Below are positions 1 through 9,160 of a DNA stretch of 64,000 nucleotides, in pieces. Position 1 is the stretch's first letter; each line of letters begins with the position of its first letter. The notes beneath the pieces are model-generated. The model searched no databases and was not told the origin of the DNA. It was given only the letters and a program-made list of their open reading frames with translations. The translations under genes were made by a program, and so were the position numbers. Source of the DNA: a virus; the IMG/VR virus record IMGVR_UViG_3300036791_000379, positions 5,021 through 69,020 of that record; one strand, 5' to 3'.

Positions 1-164
1 GGGCAGCACGTCGATCGCGTCGAGCTGGCAGGTCTCCTCATGAAACGCCATGGCGCTGAGACAATCCCTGACGTGCCCCATCAGGGCGGTGACCTGCGGC
101 GCGCAGATGTGGGCGCTCGCGACCTCGTCGAGCTTGCGCGCCAGATCGCGCAGCGGGCTCTCGA

Positions 165-536
165 TCATGCGAACCTCCTCGCGCGCGGATGCCAGACATG
201 CTGCTTGTGGCGGCCTTTGCCGACGCGGCGGCTGCGCCAGTCGTGCCGGTTGCACCAGTCGATCAGCAGACGCGACGGTTCGACCAGCACGGGCGTCAGG
301 CCGGCGGCCTCGATCGCTGCGATCAGCCGGGTGAATGCGCCATGGCCGGGCTGGATCGCTGCGATCAGCACCAGCCGGACGCGGTCGCCATCGAGGGTGA
401 AGACGCTGTCGGAATCCCACTCGTTCCAGTTCAGCCACGCCGCCGATCGGACCGGCTCAAATCCCTGCGCGTGTTCCAGCGCGAGGATGCTGGCGCGCGC
501 GATCTCCTTTGGCCGGGCCTCCGTCGAATGGATCAT
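165..536 (-). CDS. hypothetical phage protein
   Basis: 123-aa ORF, last of a tightly packed minus-strand gene string. Confidence 0.6.
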   Translation of the reverse strand: MIHSTEARPKEIARASILALEHAQGFEPVRSAAWLNWNEWDSDSVFTLDGDRVRLVLIAAIQPGHGAFTRLIAAIEAAGLTPVLVEPSRLLIDWCNRHDWRSRRVGKGRHKQHVWHPRARRFA

Positions 537-539
537 GGG

Positions 540-767
540 TCACCTCCCCGGTCTCGGTCCGCAGTGCGTCTCGATGAACAGCGCCAGCTCCGGCTCGTCG
601 AACATCACCAGCGCGCGGTAATCCTCAGCGATGGCTTCCATCAGCTCGATCTCGCGTGCCTGCTCGGTATCCGACATCTTGCCGCGTGTAACGAGGCGCT
701 CGTAGAGCTGATGCCGGAATGCCAGCTCGCGCTCCACGCATTGCAGCTTTTCCTTGGCGGTGATCAT
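540..767 (-). CDS. hypothetical phage protein
   Basis: 75-aa ORF MITAKEKLQCVERELAFR, overlaps upstream stop (ATGA-type coupling). Confidence 0.7.
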   Translation of the reverse strand: MITAKEKLQCVERELAFRHQLYERLVTRGKMSDTEQAREIELMEAIAEDYRALVMFDEPELALFIETHCGPRPGR

Positions 768-1261
768 TCGACAACTCCGCGCTCAGCTTTTGCATACTCT
801 TCCGGATGCTCCTGCTGCACTCGCCTTTCGTATTCGGCGGTACGTTCGACAACCATGTCGCGAAATTCCCTGATCACTTCGATAGAGCTGATGTCGCTGT
901 CATCGAACGCATCATGGACCATCGCGTACAGGTCGGCGTTGGCAATCACCCCATCCTCGCGCGAGTACAGGCAAAGGCTGGCTTCCTGCTCATCACTTTC
1001 ATCGCCCTCATCGCGCTTCCAAAAGAAGGTGATACTCAGATCGAGGTCCAGCAGCATGCGTATGAGCAGAGCCGATTGTGTCTTGGTTAGATCGAGGTCC
1101 TCGATCCACCATTCGTAACTGAACTCACACTGCTCGGAGTCGTCTGTCAGCCAATGCTTGAACAGGTAGAACTTGCCGTCGACATAGTTGACGCCAAACG
1201 CTGCGCTCTGTCGGCGATCCTGTTTCGTCACTTTCTCTGAGCTGGCGGTGATCTCGGTCAT
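764..1261 (-). CDS. hypothetical acidic protein
   Basis: ORF 764..1522; likely start MTEITAS at 1261, coupled to the upstream stop. Confidence 0.6.
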   Translation of the reverse strand: MTEITASSEKVTKQDRRQSAAFGVNYVDGKFYLFKHWLTDDSEQCEFSYEWWIEDLDLTKTQSALLIRMLLDLDLSITFFWKRDEGDESDEQEASLCLYSREDGVIANADLYAMVHDAFDDSDISSIEVIREFRDMVVERTAEYERRVQQEHPEEYAKAERGVVE

Positions 1262-1443
1262 CGACGTCGCCTCCGCTCCTGCGCCTTGCCCTGTTTCCAG
1301 CCGCGCTTGAACGCGGCGCGATACTCGCGAATTTTCTGGATCGGCAGATGATGCTTGCGCGCCAGATAGCGGTCGCCGAGCTTGGTGAAGCCCAGATCGT
1401 AGACAAGCTGGCCGAACGGCGATGGGCCATAGGTCACGGTCAT
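1258..1443 (-). CDS. small hypothetical protein
   Basis: start MTVTYGPSPF at 1443 overlapping the upstream stop. Confidence 0.55.
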   Translation of the reverse strand: MTVTYGPSPFGQLVYDLGFTKLGDRYLARKHHLPIQKIREYRAAFKRGWKQGKAQERRRRR

Positions 1444-1985
1444 GGGTCGATCCTCTGCAGCGCATCGAGCGGATAGAACGCGGACCACGGGATGATGGCG
1501 CACGGCTCGTAGTCCTCGGCATCTCGCGGATTGTTGCGGCCGAAAAACTTCACCGGCCGGCGCGGGCACAGCGGTGCCCAGCGGATCACCCCATCACGGA
1601 AACGCACCGCCAGTAGACTCTGCACATGACTCGCCTGCGTCATCTGCTGGGCGCGCATCACCTTCTGCAGCGCGATGTAGTAGCCGTCGCCATAGCCGAA
1701 CGTCAGGTCGCGGCACTTGATCTCGTCAAAGGAGTGCAGCTCATGCCCGCACAGCAGCGCGTAGTCGAGCCCGTAGGCGCGCGGCAGCTTGTAGGCCTTG
1801 CTACAGCCCCAGCTCTTGCACACGCACTCCACGACCTCGCGCTCGTTCTCACGATCGCGCGCCTGCTCGAACTGCTCGCGTGGGACCACCATTGGTGCCG
1901 GCGGCTCCGGCCGCTCGGTGATCTGCGACGGGCCTTGGTTGCGCCCGCCCTTCACCGTCATGCCTTCGGTCAGCTCTCTAACCAT
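1440..1985 (-). CDS. putative PD-(D/E)XK-fold nuclease
   Basis: LDYAL...DEIKCR resembles the D...(D/E)xK motif. Confidence 0.45.
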   Translation of the reverse strand: MVRELTEGMTVKGGRNQGPSQITERPEPPAPMVVPREQFEQARDRENEREVVECVCKSWGCSKAYKLPRAYGLDYALLCGHELHSFDEIKCRDLTFGYGDGYYIALQKVMRAQQMTQASHVQSLLAVRFRDGVIRWAPLCPRRPVKFFGRNNPRDAEDYEPCAIIPWSAFYPLDALQRIDP

Positions 1986-2145
1986 CGGTCACATGCTCCG
2001 GCCCGTACAACTCGTCGAGAATCTTGTCGCGCTCATCCTTGCGGACCTTCATCCCGTTGAGCTGATCCTTCTTGGCTGATCGCGTCAGCTCGTTTTTCTT
2101 CAGCCCCGGTGTCGAATGCTGATCGATGATGTGCTGATCGGTCAT
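1978..2145 (-). CDS. small hypothetical protein (not in ORF track)
   Basis: ATG at 2145 after GGAGA RBS, MTDQHIIDQH...VTDG stop, 55 aa. Confidence 0.45.
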   Translation of the reverse strand: MTDQHIIDQHSTPGLKKNELTRSAKKDQLNGMKVRKDERDKILDELYGPEHVTDG

Positions 2146-2458
2146 GGTCGTCTCCCTTCAGCTGATCGACCACGGCACCGACAATCGATAGCGGCCGACC
2201 AAAACTGTCGCGGGTGATGGAATGCTTGATGGTGTCGAGCGACACGCCGTGCTGCAGCGCCATCGACAGCAGCACCGCGCCGTCTCGCGCGATCGCCTCG
2301 ACCATCTCGCCGCTCTTGCCTCCAGTGATGAAGACCTCGCCGAGGCTTCCGTCCTCGAACAAGCCTACTGTGATGGTGTGGCCTTTCGTCAAGCCACCGA
2401 ACGCCATCTCGAAAGTCTCGCAGCGGCGACGCTGCGGCAGCGCACGACGTTCGCTCAT
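2033..2458 (-). CDS. stand-alone TSCPD-like domain (class II ribonucleotide reductase C-terminal-like)
   Basis: RRALPQRRRCETF...GEVFITGGKSG...ARDGAVLLSMALQHGVSL pattern. Confidence 0.65.
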   Translation of the reverse strand: MSERRALPQRRRCETFEMAFGGLTKGHTITVGLFEDGSLGEVFITGGKSGEMVEAIARDGAVLLSMALQHGVSLDTIKHSITRDSFGRPLSIVGAVVDQLKGDDHDRSAHHRSAFDTGAEEKRADAISQEGSAQRDEGPQG

Positions 2459-3957
2459 TCGGCGGCCTCCCCTATCGGCAGTTCGCCTTGGGCGCGCCGC
2501 AACGGCGGCAGCTTTGGCACCTCTTGGATGAGCTTCATGCCAGCATGTTGTGGGTCGGTGACGCCGAGCAGATTTGGCTTCTGATAGACCTTGCATCCGG
2601 CGGCATGCGCCTGTTCAGTCAGGCGCGCGACCCAATCGAACGGCGGCGCAAATTCCGATATACGTCCGTCCGGCTGCTCGGTGGCGCTTTGCGAGCCGAT
2701 GACGACGAAGTCGAACATCGAGAGATCGGAAAATTCGAGCGGTGCCAGCAGCGGCTCCAGCGACAGCCATCTCACCCGCACGCCGCTGATCTTCCGGAAC
2801 GCCTCTTCCGCGATCTTGACTCGATACTGCTCATCGACCGTGGTGCCGATCCACGCAGTTGCCGGCAGATCGAGCCCGACGTAGCGCTGCGGGAATTTTG
2901 TCAGGAACAGGTACTCCCAGTCCGGGTTGCCGTGCGCAGCGGCAAACACTTTTGCAATCCATTCGTCCGGCACCCACTTGCCGAACAAATCACCCATCGA
3001 CGACACAAAAACACGGCCGAGCCGGGGGTCATCTCTGACGGTCTCCGGCACACTGCTGTTGGCCGGCGCTTCCAGCCGATAATCGTAGAAGGTTGGTGTG
3101 AAGCCGAACGGATAGAACGGCGCGAGATTCCTGTTCATCACCGCGCCTTCGCGCGCGTAGCAGTATTTGCAGTTGTGTAGGCAGCCGGTCACCGGATTCC
3201 ATGTCCACGCCGCCCACGACACCTGATCGTTGGTTGCGTTGAACTTCGCCTTGCCCTTCGGCAACTTGTATTCCTTCGTCTGGCCGTCGTGGCTTCGCAC
3301 GATGGTGGTTTTGTTGTTGGTGGCGACCACCTCGTTTTCGCTGACCACGGCCGACGCCGCTTCGGCCCGCTTCACCTGTTTGTAGGCGTCGTTCAGGCTA
3401 ATGGTGCCAGCGACGACAGCGGCGGCGAGTGTCGGCGAGGACGCCTGAACCTTCTTGCCTTTGCTGACTGCGCCATGGCTGGTGCCCGTCGCTTTTGCGA
3501 CTTGGCGGTTAACGCGGCCAGCGGAATTTTTCGGTTGGCCACGCGCGTGGCCACCCGATGTCCGATTTTTCCTTGCCTTTGCAGACCTTTGGTCACCGCC
3601 GCCTTTCGTCATCCGGGCCTTCGCCGCAGCTTCCAGCTCTGGCGCGATCTCCAGTCCGATCATCGCCTTCTGCCCGGCCGACAGATCGCGTCGCCGCATA
3701 TTGGCGCTGAGAATGTAGTTGATGATGTCCAGCTCATCGTAGGACTTCGGAAGATTGCGAAATTTCGGCTCCACGCTGCCGGCCTTGCACGCCTTCCACC
3801 GATTGATGCCATCGACGATGGTGTTGCCGTCCGCCGTCACGGCGATCGGCACATGCTGCCCGTTCACCTTGATGTCGGCGACGAGCTGCTCGAACTCTTC
3901 GGCGCTGAGCGGCGGAAACTTCGCTGCGACGGGATGAATTTTAAGAGTGTTGGTCAT
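2455..3957 (-). CDS. ParB/Srx-like N-terminal domain fused to DUF5131 (phage Gp37/Gp68, radical-SAM-like) domain
   Basis: N-term IHPVAAKFP...IVDGINRWKAC...SANMRRRDL; C-term WTWNPVTGCLHNCKYCYA, FVSSMGDLF, LTKFPQR, WLSLEPLL. Confidence 0.85.
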   Translation of the reverse strand: MTNTLKIHPVAAKFPPLSAEEFEQLVADIKVNGQHVPIAVTADGNTIVDGINRWKACKAGSVEPKFRNLPKSYDELDIINYILSANMRRRDLSAGQKAMIGLEIAPELEAAAKARMTKGGGDQRSAKARKNRTSGGHARGQPKNSAGRVNRQVAKATGTSHGAVSKGKKVQASSPTLAAAVVAGTISLNDAYKQVKRAEAASAVVSENEVVATNNKTTIVRSHDGQTKEYKLPKGKAKFNATNDQVSWAAWTWNPVTGCLHNCKYCYAREGAVMNRNLAPFYPFGFTPTFYDYRLEAPANSSVPETVRDDPRLGRVFVSSMGDLFGKWVPDEWIAKVFAAAHGNPDWEYLFLTKFPQRYVGLDLPATAWIGTTVDEQYRVKIAEEAFRKISGVRVRWLSLEPLLAPLEFSDLSMFDFVVIGSQSATEQPDGRISEFAPPFDWVARLTEQAHAAGCKVYQKPNLLGVTDPQHAGMKLIQEVPKLPPLRRAQGELPIGEAAE

Positions 3958-4143
3958 TCAGTGGTTTCTCCCTTCTTCTTTCAAACACAAGGAGGCGAGA
4001 CCCGCTCTCACATCAGCCAAGATTTCCAAGGCTTCCATCTGCGCCTCCGGCGGACCATCGAACGCGGCCGACCATTCCTCGATCGTGTCGTCGATGAACT
4101 TCTGCAGTTTCAGCAGCACTCGGCTAGGCACGTCATGAGTCAT
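3958..4143 (-). CDS. hypothetical protein
   Basis: 61-aa ORF coupled to both neighbours. Confidence 0.6.
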   Translation of the reverse strand: MTHDVPSRVLLKLQKFIDDTIEEWSAAFDGPPEAQMEALEILADVRAGLASLCLKEEGRNH

Positions 4144-4901
4144 TTCAGGTCTCGCTCGATGATTTCGACCTTGCGCATTCGCCGCACGCCGTCAGCGATC
4201 CAGTTGCTGATGATGAGGACCCGAAAATGAAAACGTGGCGATTGCTTCACCAGCGAGGTGCGCGCCAGATAGCGCTTGGCCAACTTTCCGAGCCACCACA
4301 TCGGCTCTCTCATGGGCACGTATTTCTGATGCTTGGCCCAAAACGGCGAATGAGCAGCGCTCTCGAACTGGTTCAGTGTGTGTTCGTTGAGCACGATGAC
4401 AAAGTCGCTGCGCCGGACTCTCGTCGCGACCAAGCACATGGCATCTACGCCTTGGCCCTTCGGTCCGCAGGGATCGGACAGCCACAGGACATAGCCAAAA
4501 CCTTCACGAAGGACGAAGTCGGCAACTTCCCTGTGACTGCCAAAAATGGTCGCAGCGGGGAATAGGCTTCGCAACGACGCGCGCTTTTCGCGATCCTCAT
4601 CGCATAGGCACAGCGTCGTGTTATGACATTCGGACAACTCGGCAAGCAGCAGTGGTGTCGGGCGTGAAAGGTTGGTACCGAACAGGCAGCCCTGCTCCAG
4701 CTCGACGCCGAGTCCGTCGCCAGCATTGCCGTCGACGAGCACCATCTTGGTCTCGGGAAAGCTCTGGCGGAAAGCTCCGACTTGAGCACCGACGATCTTG
4801 CCGACCATCCCCTGCTTGATCCACGAGTGATCGCTTTTGCCCGCGCCTTCACGGTCCCGATTGCGGCGACGGCGACGAACAAGCTCGGGCGTAGGCTGCA
4901 T
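4140..4901 (-). CDS. tcmP: three-Cys-motif partner protein (TcmP)-like, SAM-binding Rossmann-like fold
   Basis: SWIKQ...VLVDGNAGDG (cf. IDxFAGPG) and LSDPCG (cf. FLDPFG); adjacent to DUF5131 gene as is typical for TcmP. Confidence 0.6.
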   Translation of the reverse strand: MQPTPELVRRRRRNRDREGAGKSDHSWIKQGMVGKIVGAQVGAFRQSFPETKMVLVDGNAGDGLGVELEQGCLFGTNLSRPTPLLLAELSECHNTTLCLCDEDREKRASLRSLFPAATIFGSHREVADFVLREGFGYVLWLSDPCGPKGQGVDAMCLVATRVRRSDFVIVLNEHTLNQFESAAHSPFWAKHQKYVPMREPMWWLGKLAKRYLARTSLVKQSPRFHFRVLIISNWIADGVRRMRKVEIIERDLK

Positions 4902-5851
4902 CACGCCACCCAATTCGGTTTGGGCATGCGGAACGGCTTGCTGTATTCCTGCGAAAGCCTCTCGGCGAAGATGGTGGCGAGCCGCCTGTAGCAGGGTGAG
5001 CGGTCGCGCTCGCTGATATTGCGGCCCTGCAGCCAGTCGCAGTAGGCGGCATTGGCGGACACCGACATCAGGCACTTGCGGAAGATTTCGGGAGATACAG
5101 CCACACGCCGATTGTTGGGCTCCAGCACCAGTGCGCGGTACAGGAACATGCACATGCTCAGATTGAGGCCGGACCACAGCCGATGATATTGGCGGTCATT
5201 GCCCCACGCGGTATGAGCAGCGCGGAGAAACACCATCATAAATCCGCGCTGCGTCTCCGTGAGCTGATCGAGCAGCGTAACGGCCTGCTGACCCGACATT
5301 TGTGGCGTAGGTGCTCCAGAACCAAACCACGCCTTCAGTGCAACCGACATGCTCAACACGGGTGAATACTCAGCCCGGCGAACATTGGAATAGCCGAGAA
5401 AAGGACAGTCCTCGCGGAGCTGCTTCAGATGCGGATGATTCACCTCATAAGCGCGCAACATATCATCGGGCTTCAGCGCCACGAGTCGGCTGTTGATGTT
5501 CTTGAAGTCTTCCGCCATCGCAGCCATTGAGTCGTAGACCTTCAGGCAGACGTCGGCGATGAACTCCTCCAGCCCGGACATATTGCCGGCGTTGCGGCGC
5601 TGCTGCCCGTCAACCAGATAAACGATCAGCGGGTCCTGATCCTTCAGCACACCGAGATGAATCACGCCGCCGATCATGCCGCCGTTCTGTTTCAGGCCCT
5701 CGGCATATTCGATGACCTTCCGATTTTGCGCCTCGTCGCGCTGGAACGGCGGCAACACCCAATTGTTCATTTCCGCCAACGTCAACAGCTTGGTCTCCAT
5801 CTGCGTCACGGCAACGGAAGTGGATTCGGCTTGCCTAAGTGGAAATTGCAT
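4901..5851 (-). CDS. ParB-fold protein of DGQHR/DUF262 type
   Basis: LPPFQR and YLVDGQQR motifs; RBS GGAGA before ATG 5851. Confidence 0.7.
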   Translation of the reverse strand: MQFPLRQAESTSVAVTQMETKLLTLAEMNNWVLPPFQRDEAQNRKVIEYAEGLKQNGGMIGGVIHLGVLKDQDPLIVYLVDGQQRRNAGNMSGLEEFIADVCLKVYDSMAAMAEDFKNINSRLVALKPDDMLRAYEVNHPHLKQLREDCPFLGYSNVRRAEYSPVLSMSVALKAWFGSGAPTPQMSGQQAVTLLDQLTETQRGFMMVFLRAAHTAWGNDRQYHRLWSGLNLSMCMFLYRALVLEPNNRRVAVSPEIFRKCLMSVSANAAYCDWLQGRNISERDRSPCYRRLATIFAERLSQEYSKPFRMPKPNWVA

Positions 5852-5896
5852 GATGTCTCCCTTCATAACTTCTCCTTGAAGCCCCCTGTTTTCCTT

Positions 5897-6484
5897 TCAG
5901 TCGTTGCCGATCAGATGGAATCCGCTGCCGGATTTTCGCGCGCGCTCGGCGAGCTTCTGCTGGATTGAGTTGATGTCGAGCAGCGGCATCATGCTTTCGA
6001 TCGGCTTCATGTTGTCGAGGAACGCAATCGCGGCATCGGACGTCAGGCCGTGCGCGATCACCTCGGTTTGTGCCCGCACGCTCTCGGCCTCGATCTGCAC
6101 CCGCGTCGACTTCTCCATCGCGTCGATCTCGGCTTTAGCGACCCGGCGCAGCTCGTCGCGGCGCGCCCGATAGACGTCCTCGCTGCGCTGCAGCCACGAG
6201 AAAGTGATCCTCGGGTGAAATTCGTCCGGGATGCCCAGCTCCTTGGCCTTCGCCATGATCTTTTCACTGGCCTCGTGCGCCGCCTGCTGCGCCGCCTCCT
6301 GTGCCGCGCGCCAGACCTCGTTGTTGGCGAACGCATGCAGCTTCGACACCGACGACTCGAACTCGGCCAGCATCGAAGCCGAGCGCTGCTCGGCCGCCGT
6401 CTTCGCCACCTTCTCGCGCTGCTTGATCAGCCTGATCAGGTCCTCGCGCTCGCCCTTGGTCATGATACGGGTGACTTCGTTCAT
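5897..6484 (-). CDS. hypothetical coiled-coil phage protein
   Basis: 195-aa ORF, helical Ala/Glu-rich. Confidence 0.65.
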   Translation of the reverse strand: MNEVTRIMTKGEREDLIRLIKQREKVAKTAAEQRSASMLAEFESSVSKLHAFANNEVWRAAQEAAQQAAHEASEKIMAKAKELGIPDEFHPRITFSWLQRSEDVYRARRDELRRVAKAEIDAMEKSTRVQIEAESVRAQTEVIAHGLTSDAAIAFLDNMKPIESMMPLLDINSIQQKLAERARKSGSGFHLIGND

Positions 6485-6735
6485 TGCTGCGGCCTCCGAT
6501 CGGTCTCGATCTCGTCGAGGATCACCGGCACCATCAGCTCCGCACCCTCGACCACGAGCTGGGCGGCGCGCTCACGTAGCGGCGGGATGTGGCCGGCGAT
6601 GAAGACGGCGAGCAGCTGCGCCAGCACGGCTCCGACAACCTCGAACTCCCGGTCCTGCAGCATCGGTGCGATCTGTTTAGCCAGATCGGTGGCCTCGAAC
6701 GTCGCCGCCAAGCAGGTCTCCTCCATGTTGGTCAT
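6481..6735 (-). CDS. hypothetical protein
   Basis: start MTNMEETC at 6735 after GAGGA RBS. Confidence 0.55.
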   Translation of the reverse strand: MTNMEETCLAATFEATDLAKQIAPMLQDREFEVVGAVLAQLLAVFIAGHIPPLRERAAQLVVEGAELMVPVILDEIETDRRPQQ

Positions 6736-6912
6736 CGCGCATTCCTCTCGGTCGATAGTGTTCGAGGCAGTTGATGCGCCGCGCGTGCATCTGGGCGCGC
6801 GTGCATTGCGGTTCATGGAGAGCGAGACACACGGTGCGATCGAGCCGCTGATCGCACAGCCAGCAGACGCGGCGCGACAAATAGCGCCGCTGCAGCCGTG
6901 TCAGCTTGCTGA

Positions 6913-7185
6913 TCAGAATTTGAACTCGTCGTCGGTCTTCGGCGCGAAGGCGTCCTCGATGTAGGCCGCCATCTGCTTCACTTCGCTGATGATCTTGGCA
7001 GCCTGCTCTTCGGTGTGCGGGTAGGCCGCCAGATTCCTGATCTGCCGGGCCTTGCCCTTCAGCGCGTTGATGCGCTTCAGCGCCAGCCGCACGAATTTGT
7101 CCTCGCGCGCCTCATTCTCCGGGACTGGCGTTCGCGGTGCCCGCTGCTTCCCGTTGCTGCTCGTCGTCGTGCCCGTGCTCGTCAT
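6913..7185 (-). CDS. hypothetical phage protein
   Basis: 90-aa ORF with GGAGG RBS, EDKFVRLALKRINAL. Confidence 0.65.
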   Translation of the reverse strand: MTSTGTTTSSNGKQRAPRTPVPENEAREDKFVRLALKRINALKGKARQIRNLAAYPHTEEQAAKIISEVKQMAAYIEDAFAPKTDDEFKF

Positions 7186-7425
7186 CGTTGGCCTCCTTGG
7201 TTGATTTCTTTTTTCGCCGTGGCTTGCTCGCCAGCAAAGCGCGACCGGCCGACGTCAGCTCGAACCGCAGATGGCCGAACGAACCGGTCGGGATTGCCTG
7301 CAGATGGCCGTCGCGGATCATCAGGTTGCGCATGTACTTGGTCGGCACCCGCTGGCCCATCACGCTGTTCTGCTCGCGCGAATGATCGTCGAACCAGCGC
7401 ATGGCCGTCAGTCGTCGGTGCGTGA

Positions 7426-7767
7426 TCATTCGGCGGCCTCCGCTTTGCTCGCGCGCATTCGCGATTCAGCGTTCTCGACGGCGCGCAGGGCAACATCGAT
7501 TTTGTCTCTCACGGCTTCCAGCGCCACGCGCGCCGCCCAGATGGTGCTTCGGGCCTTCCAAAGATCGTAGGGGGACGGATAGGGCGCAGGAGGCGGCAAG
7601 TCCTCCAGCGGCGCTGCAGTAACGTCCGAAGCGCGCTGCCCGGTATTGATCTCGGCGACGCGCCCGGCGTTGATCTGGAAACACGCCGCGATGTCGCTCT
7701 GGTCGTCGTGGCGAGCCAGCATCCCCTTGATCAGCGGGATCATCCAATCTTCTAGTGGCTTTGCCAT
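7426..7767 (-). CDS. putative HTH DNA-binding protein
   Basis: QSDIAACFQINAGRVAEINTG helix-turn-helix pattern. Confidence 0.55.
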   Translation of the reverse strand: MAKPLEDWMIPLIKGMLARHDDQSDIAACFQINAGRVAEINTGQRASDVTAAPLEDLPPPAPYPSPYDLWKARSTIWAARVALEAVRDKIDVALRAVENAESRMRASKAEAAE

Positions 7768-8058
7768 TTACTCTTCCCAATCATCAGCAACCATGTCTTC
7801 GTATTCGTCGATGAACTTGTCGATCGGCCTCACCACCAGCTCGGGCGCGTTGTACTCTTTGGCCGCGTCCATCGTGGCCCAATAGACCGTGCCGTTGTGA
7901 ATCACGTACTGACTCGGATAGCCGCCATGGCAGTCGAGCCGCGTCTCGTCGATTATGTCGATCAGCACAGCGACCTTGGCTTCGTCTGAAAGCGTCAACC
8001 AGCCACGTTGCGTTGCTGACGCCTCGTGATCCACGTTTGTTGCGTGACCCGCCATCAT
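7768..8058 (-). CDS. hypothetical protein
   Basis: 96-aa ORF coupled to neighbours. Confidence 0.55.
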   Translation of the reverse strand: MMAGHATNVDHEASATQRGWLTLSDEAKVAVLIDIIDETRLDCHGGYPSQYVIHNGTVYWATMDAAKEYNAPELVVRPIDKFIDEYEDMVADDWEE

Positions 8059-9062
8059 TCGGCCGCCTCCTGTGCTTCATCGCCCCACGCATCCCAACCC
8101 GCTCGCGCAGGACCGCGCCGGTTCAGTTCGATCTTCGGCACGTTCGGGAAGTAAGCCTCGATCATCTCGCAGATCGCGTCCGGCTTTTCCGAGTGCCGGC
8201 CGACCACCATCTCGATGACGCTGTCCCATTGCTCGCCCTGCGCCGGGCACGGCACGTCGCCGCGAACGCCGAGCAGCAGATGTTCGTGGCGGTTTCGATT
8301 CCAGTAGCCGGTGATGATGCGGTCCTTGTGCAGCTCAAAGTTCGTCTTGTAGCCGAAGCCCCACACCGCCATGACCAGCGCGGCGTGCATCAGCATCGGC
8401 GCGGTCGCGCACAGGAACAGCACGCAGTCGTCGGCTGCGATCGACGGCACGTCGCGCGCCGCGATCACCTCGGTGCAGCTGGTCGGATAATGATTGTCGG
8501 CGGCGCGATCCATCCCGGTCAGGCGCGACCACGGCTCGAACCGCCATTCCGGATCGGCGAGGATCACGCCGTACTTTTTCTCCGGGAGCGCCACGATCTT
8601 GGTGGCCAGTGCGATCTCGCGCTCGGCTCGGCGCTCTTTCTTCTCTTCGGTGCTGGTGCCGTCCATCGCGGACCACGCCTTGCTCACCGCCGCCTCGTTT
8701 TTCGCCTCGAATGTCTCCTCGTCCATGTCCGCCAGCTTCATCCAGCGCGAGGATTCGGTCTTGCTGATGCCGAGATCGGCGAGCTTTGGCTCAACGGGAG
8801 TAGCGGCACGCGACCCCCGTAGATTTTGCTTGTTGCGTCCGGTGTGCCGCTCGCCGCTCTTCGCCATCTGGCGCAGCAGCTGGCCGGCTCGGCGTTCGGC
8901 CCGCTTGCGGATTTTTGTGGCGCGCTCGATCAGCTGCCTGTCCTTGGCCTGCTTGGCGTAGGCTTGGGCAGCCACCGCGACGTCGCGGATTTGCTTGACG
9001 TCGTCGATCCGCGTCGCTTCCGCGAGAGCCTTGCAGGCGGCGTCGTAGCGGATCAGCTTCAT
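8055..9062 (-). CDS. MT-A70-family methyltransferase with helical N-terminal extension
   Basis: YGVILADPEW, NHYPT, WGFGYKT, RNRHEHLLLG, HSEKPD, KIELxxR, GWDAWGDE. Confidence 0.85.
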   Translation of the reverse strand: MKLIRYDAACKALAEATRIDDVKQIRDVAVAAQAYAKQAKDRQLIERATKIRKRAERRAGQLLRQMAKSGERHTGRNKQNLRGSRAATPVEPKLADLGISKTESSRWMKLADMDEETFEAKNEAAVSKAWSAMDGTSTEEKKERRAEREIALATKIVALPEKKYGVILADPEWRFEPWSRLTGMDRAADNHYPTSCTEVIAARDVPSIAADDCVLFLCATAPMLMHAALVMAVWGFGYKTNFELHKDRIITGYWNRNRHEHLLLGVRGDVPCPAQGEQWDSVIEMVVGRHSEKPDAICEMIEAYFPNVPKIELNRRGPARAGWDAWGDEAQEAAE

Positions 9063-9160
9063 CGGGTCAGCTCCGATGCTTGATCTAAATCAACAGGCAG
9101 ATCGCCGTACCGTGGCGGCAATGGCCGGCTGGCTCGGCGGCAGCGAACGGGGCGACGCTG

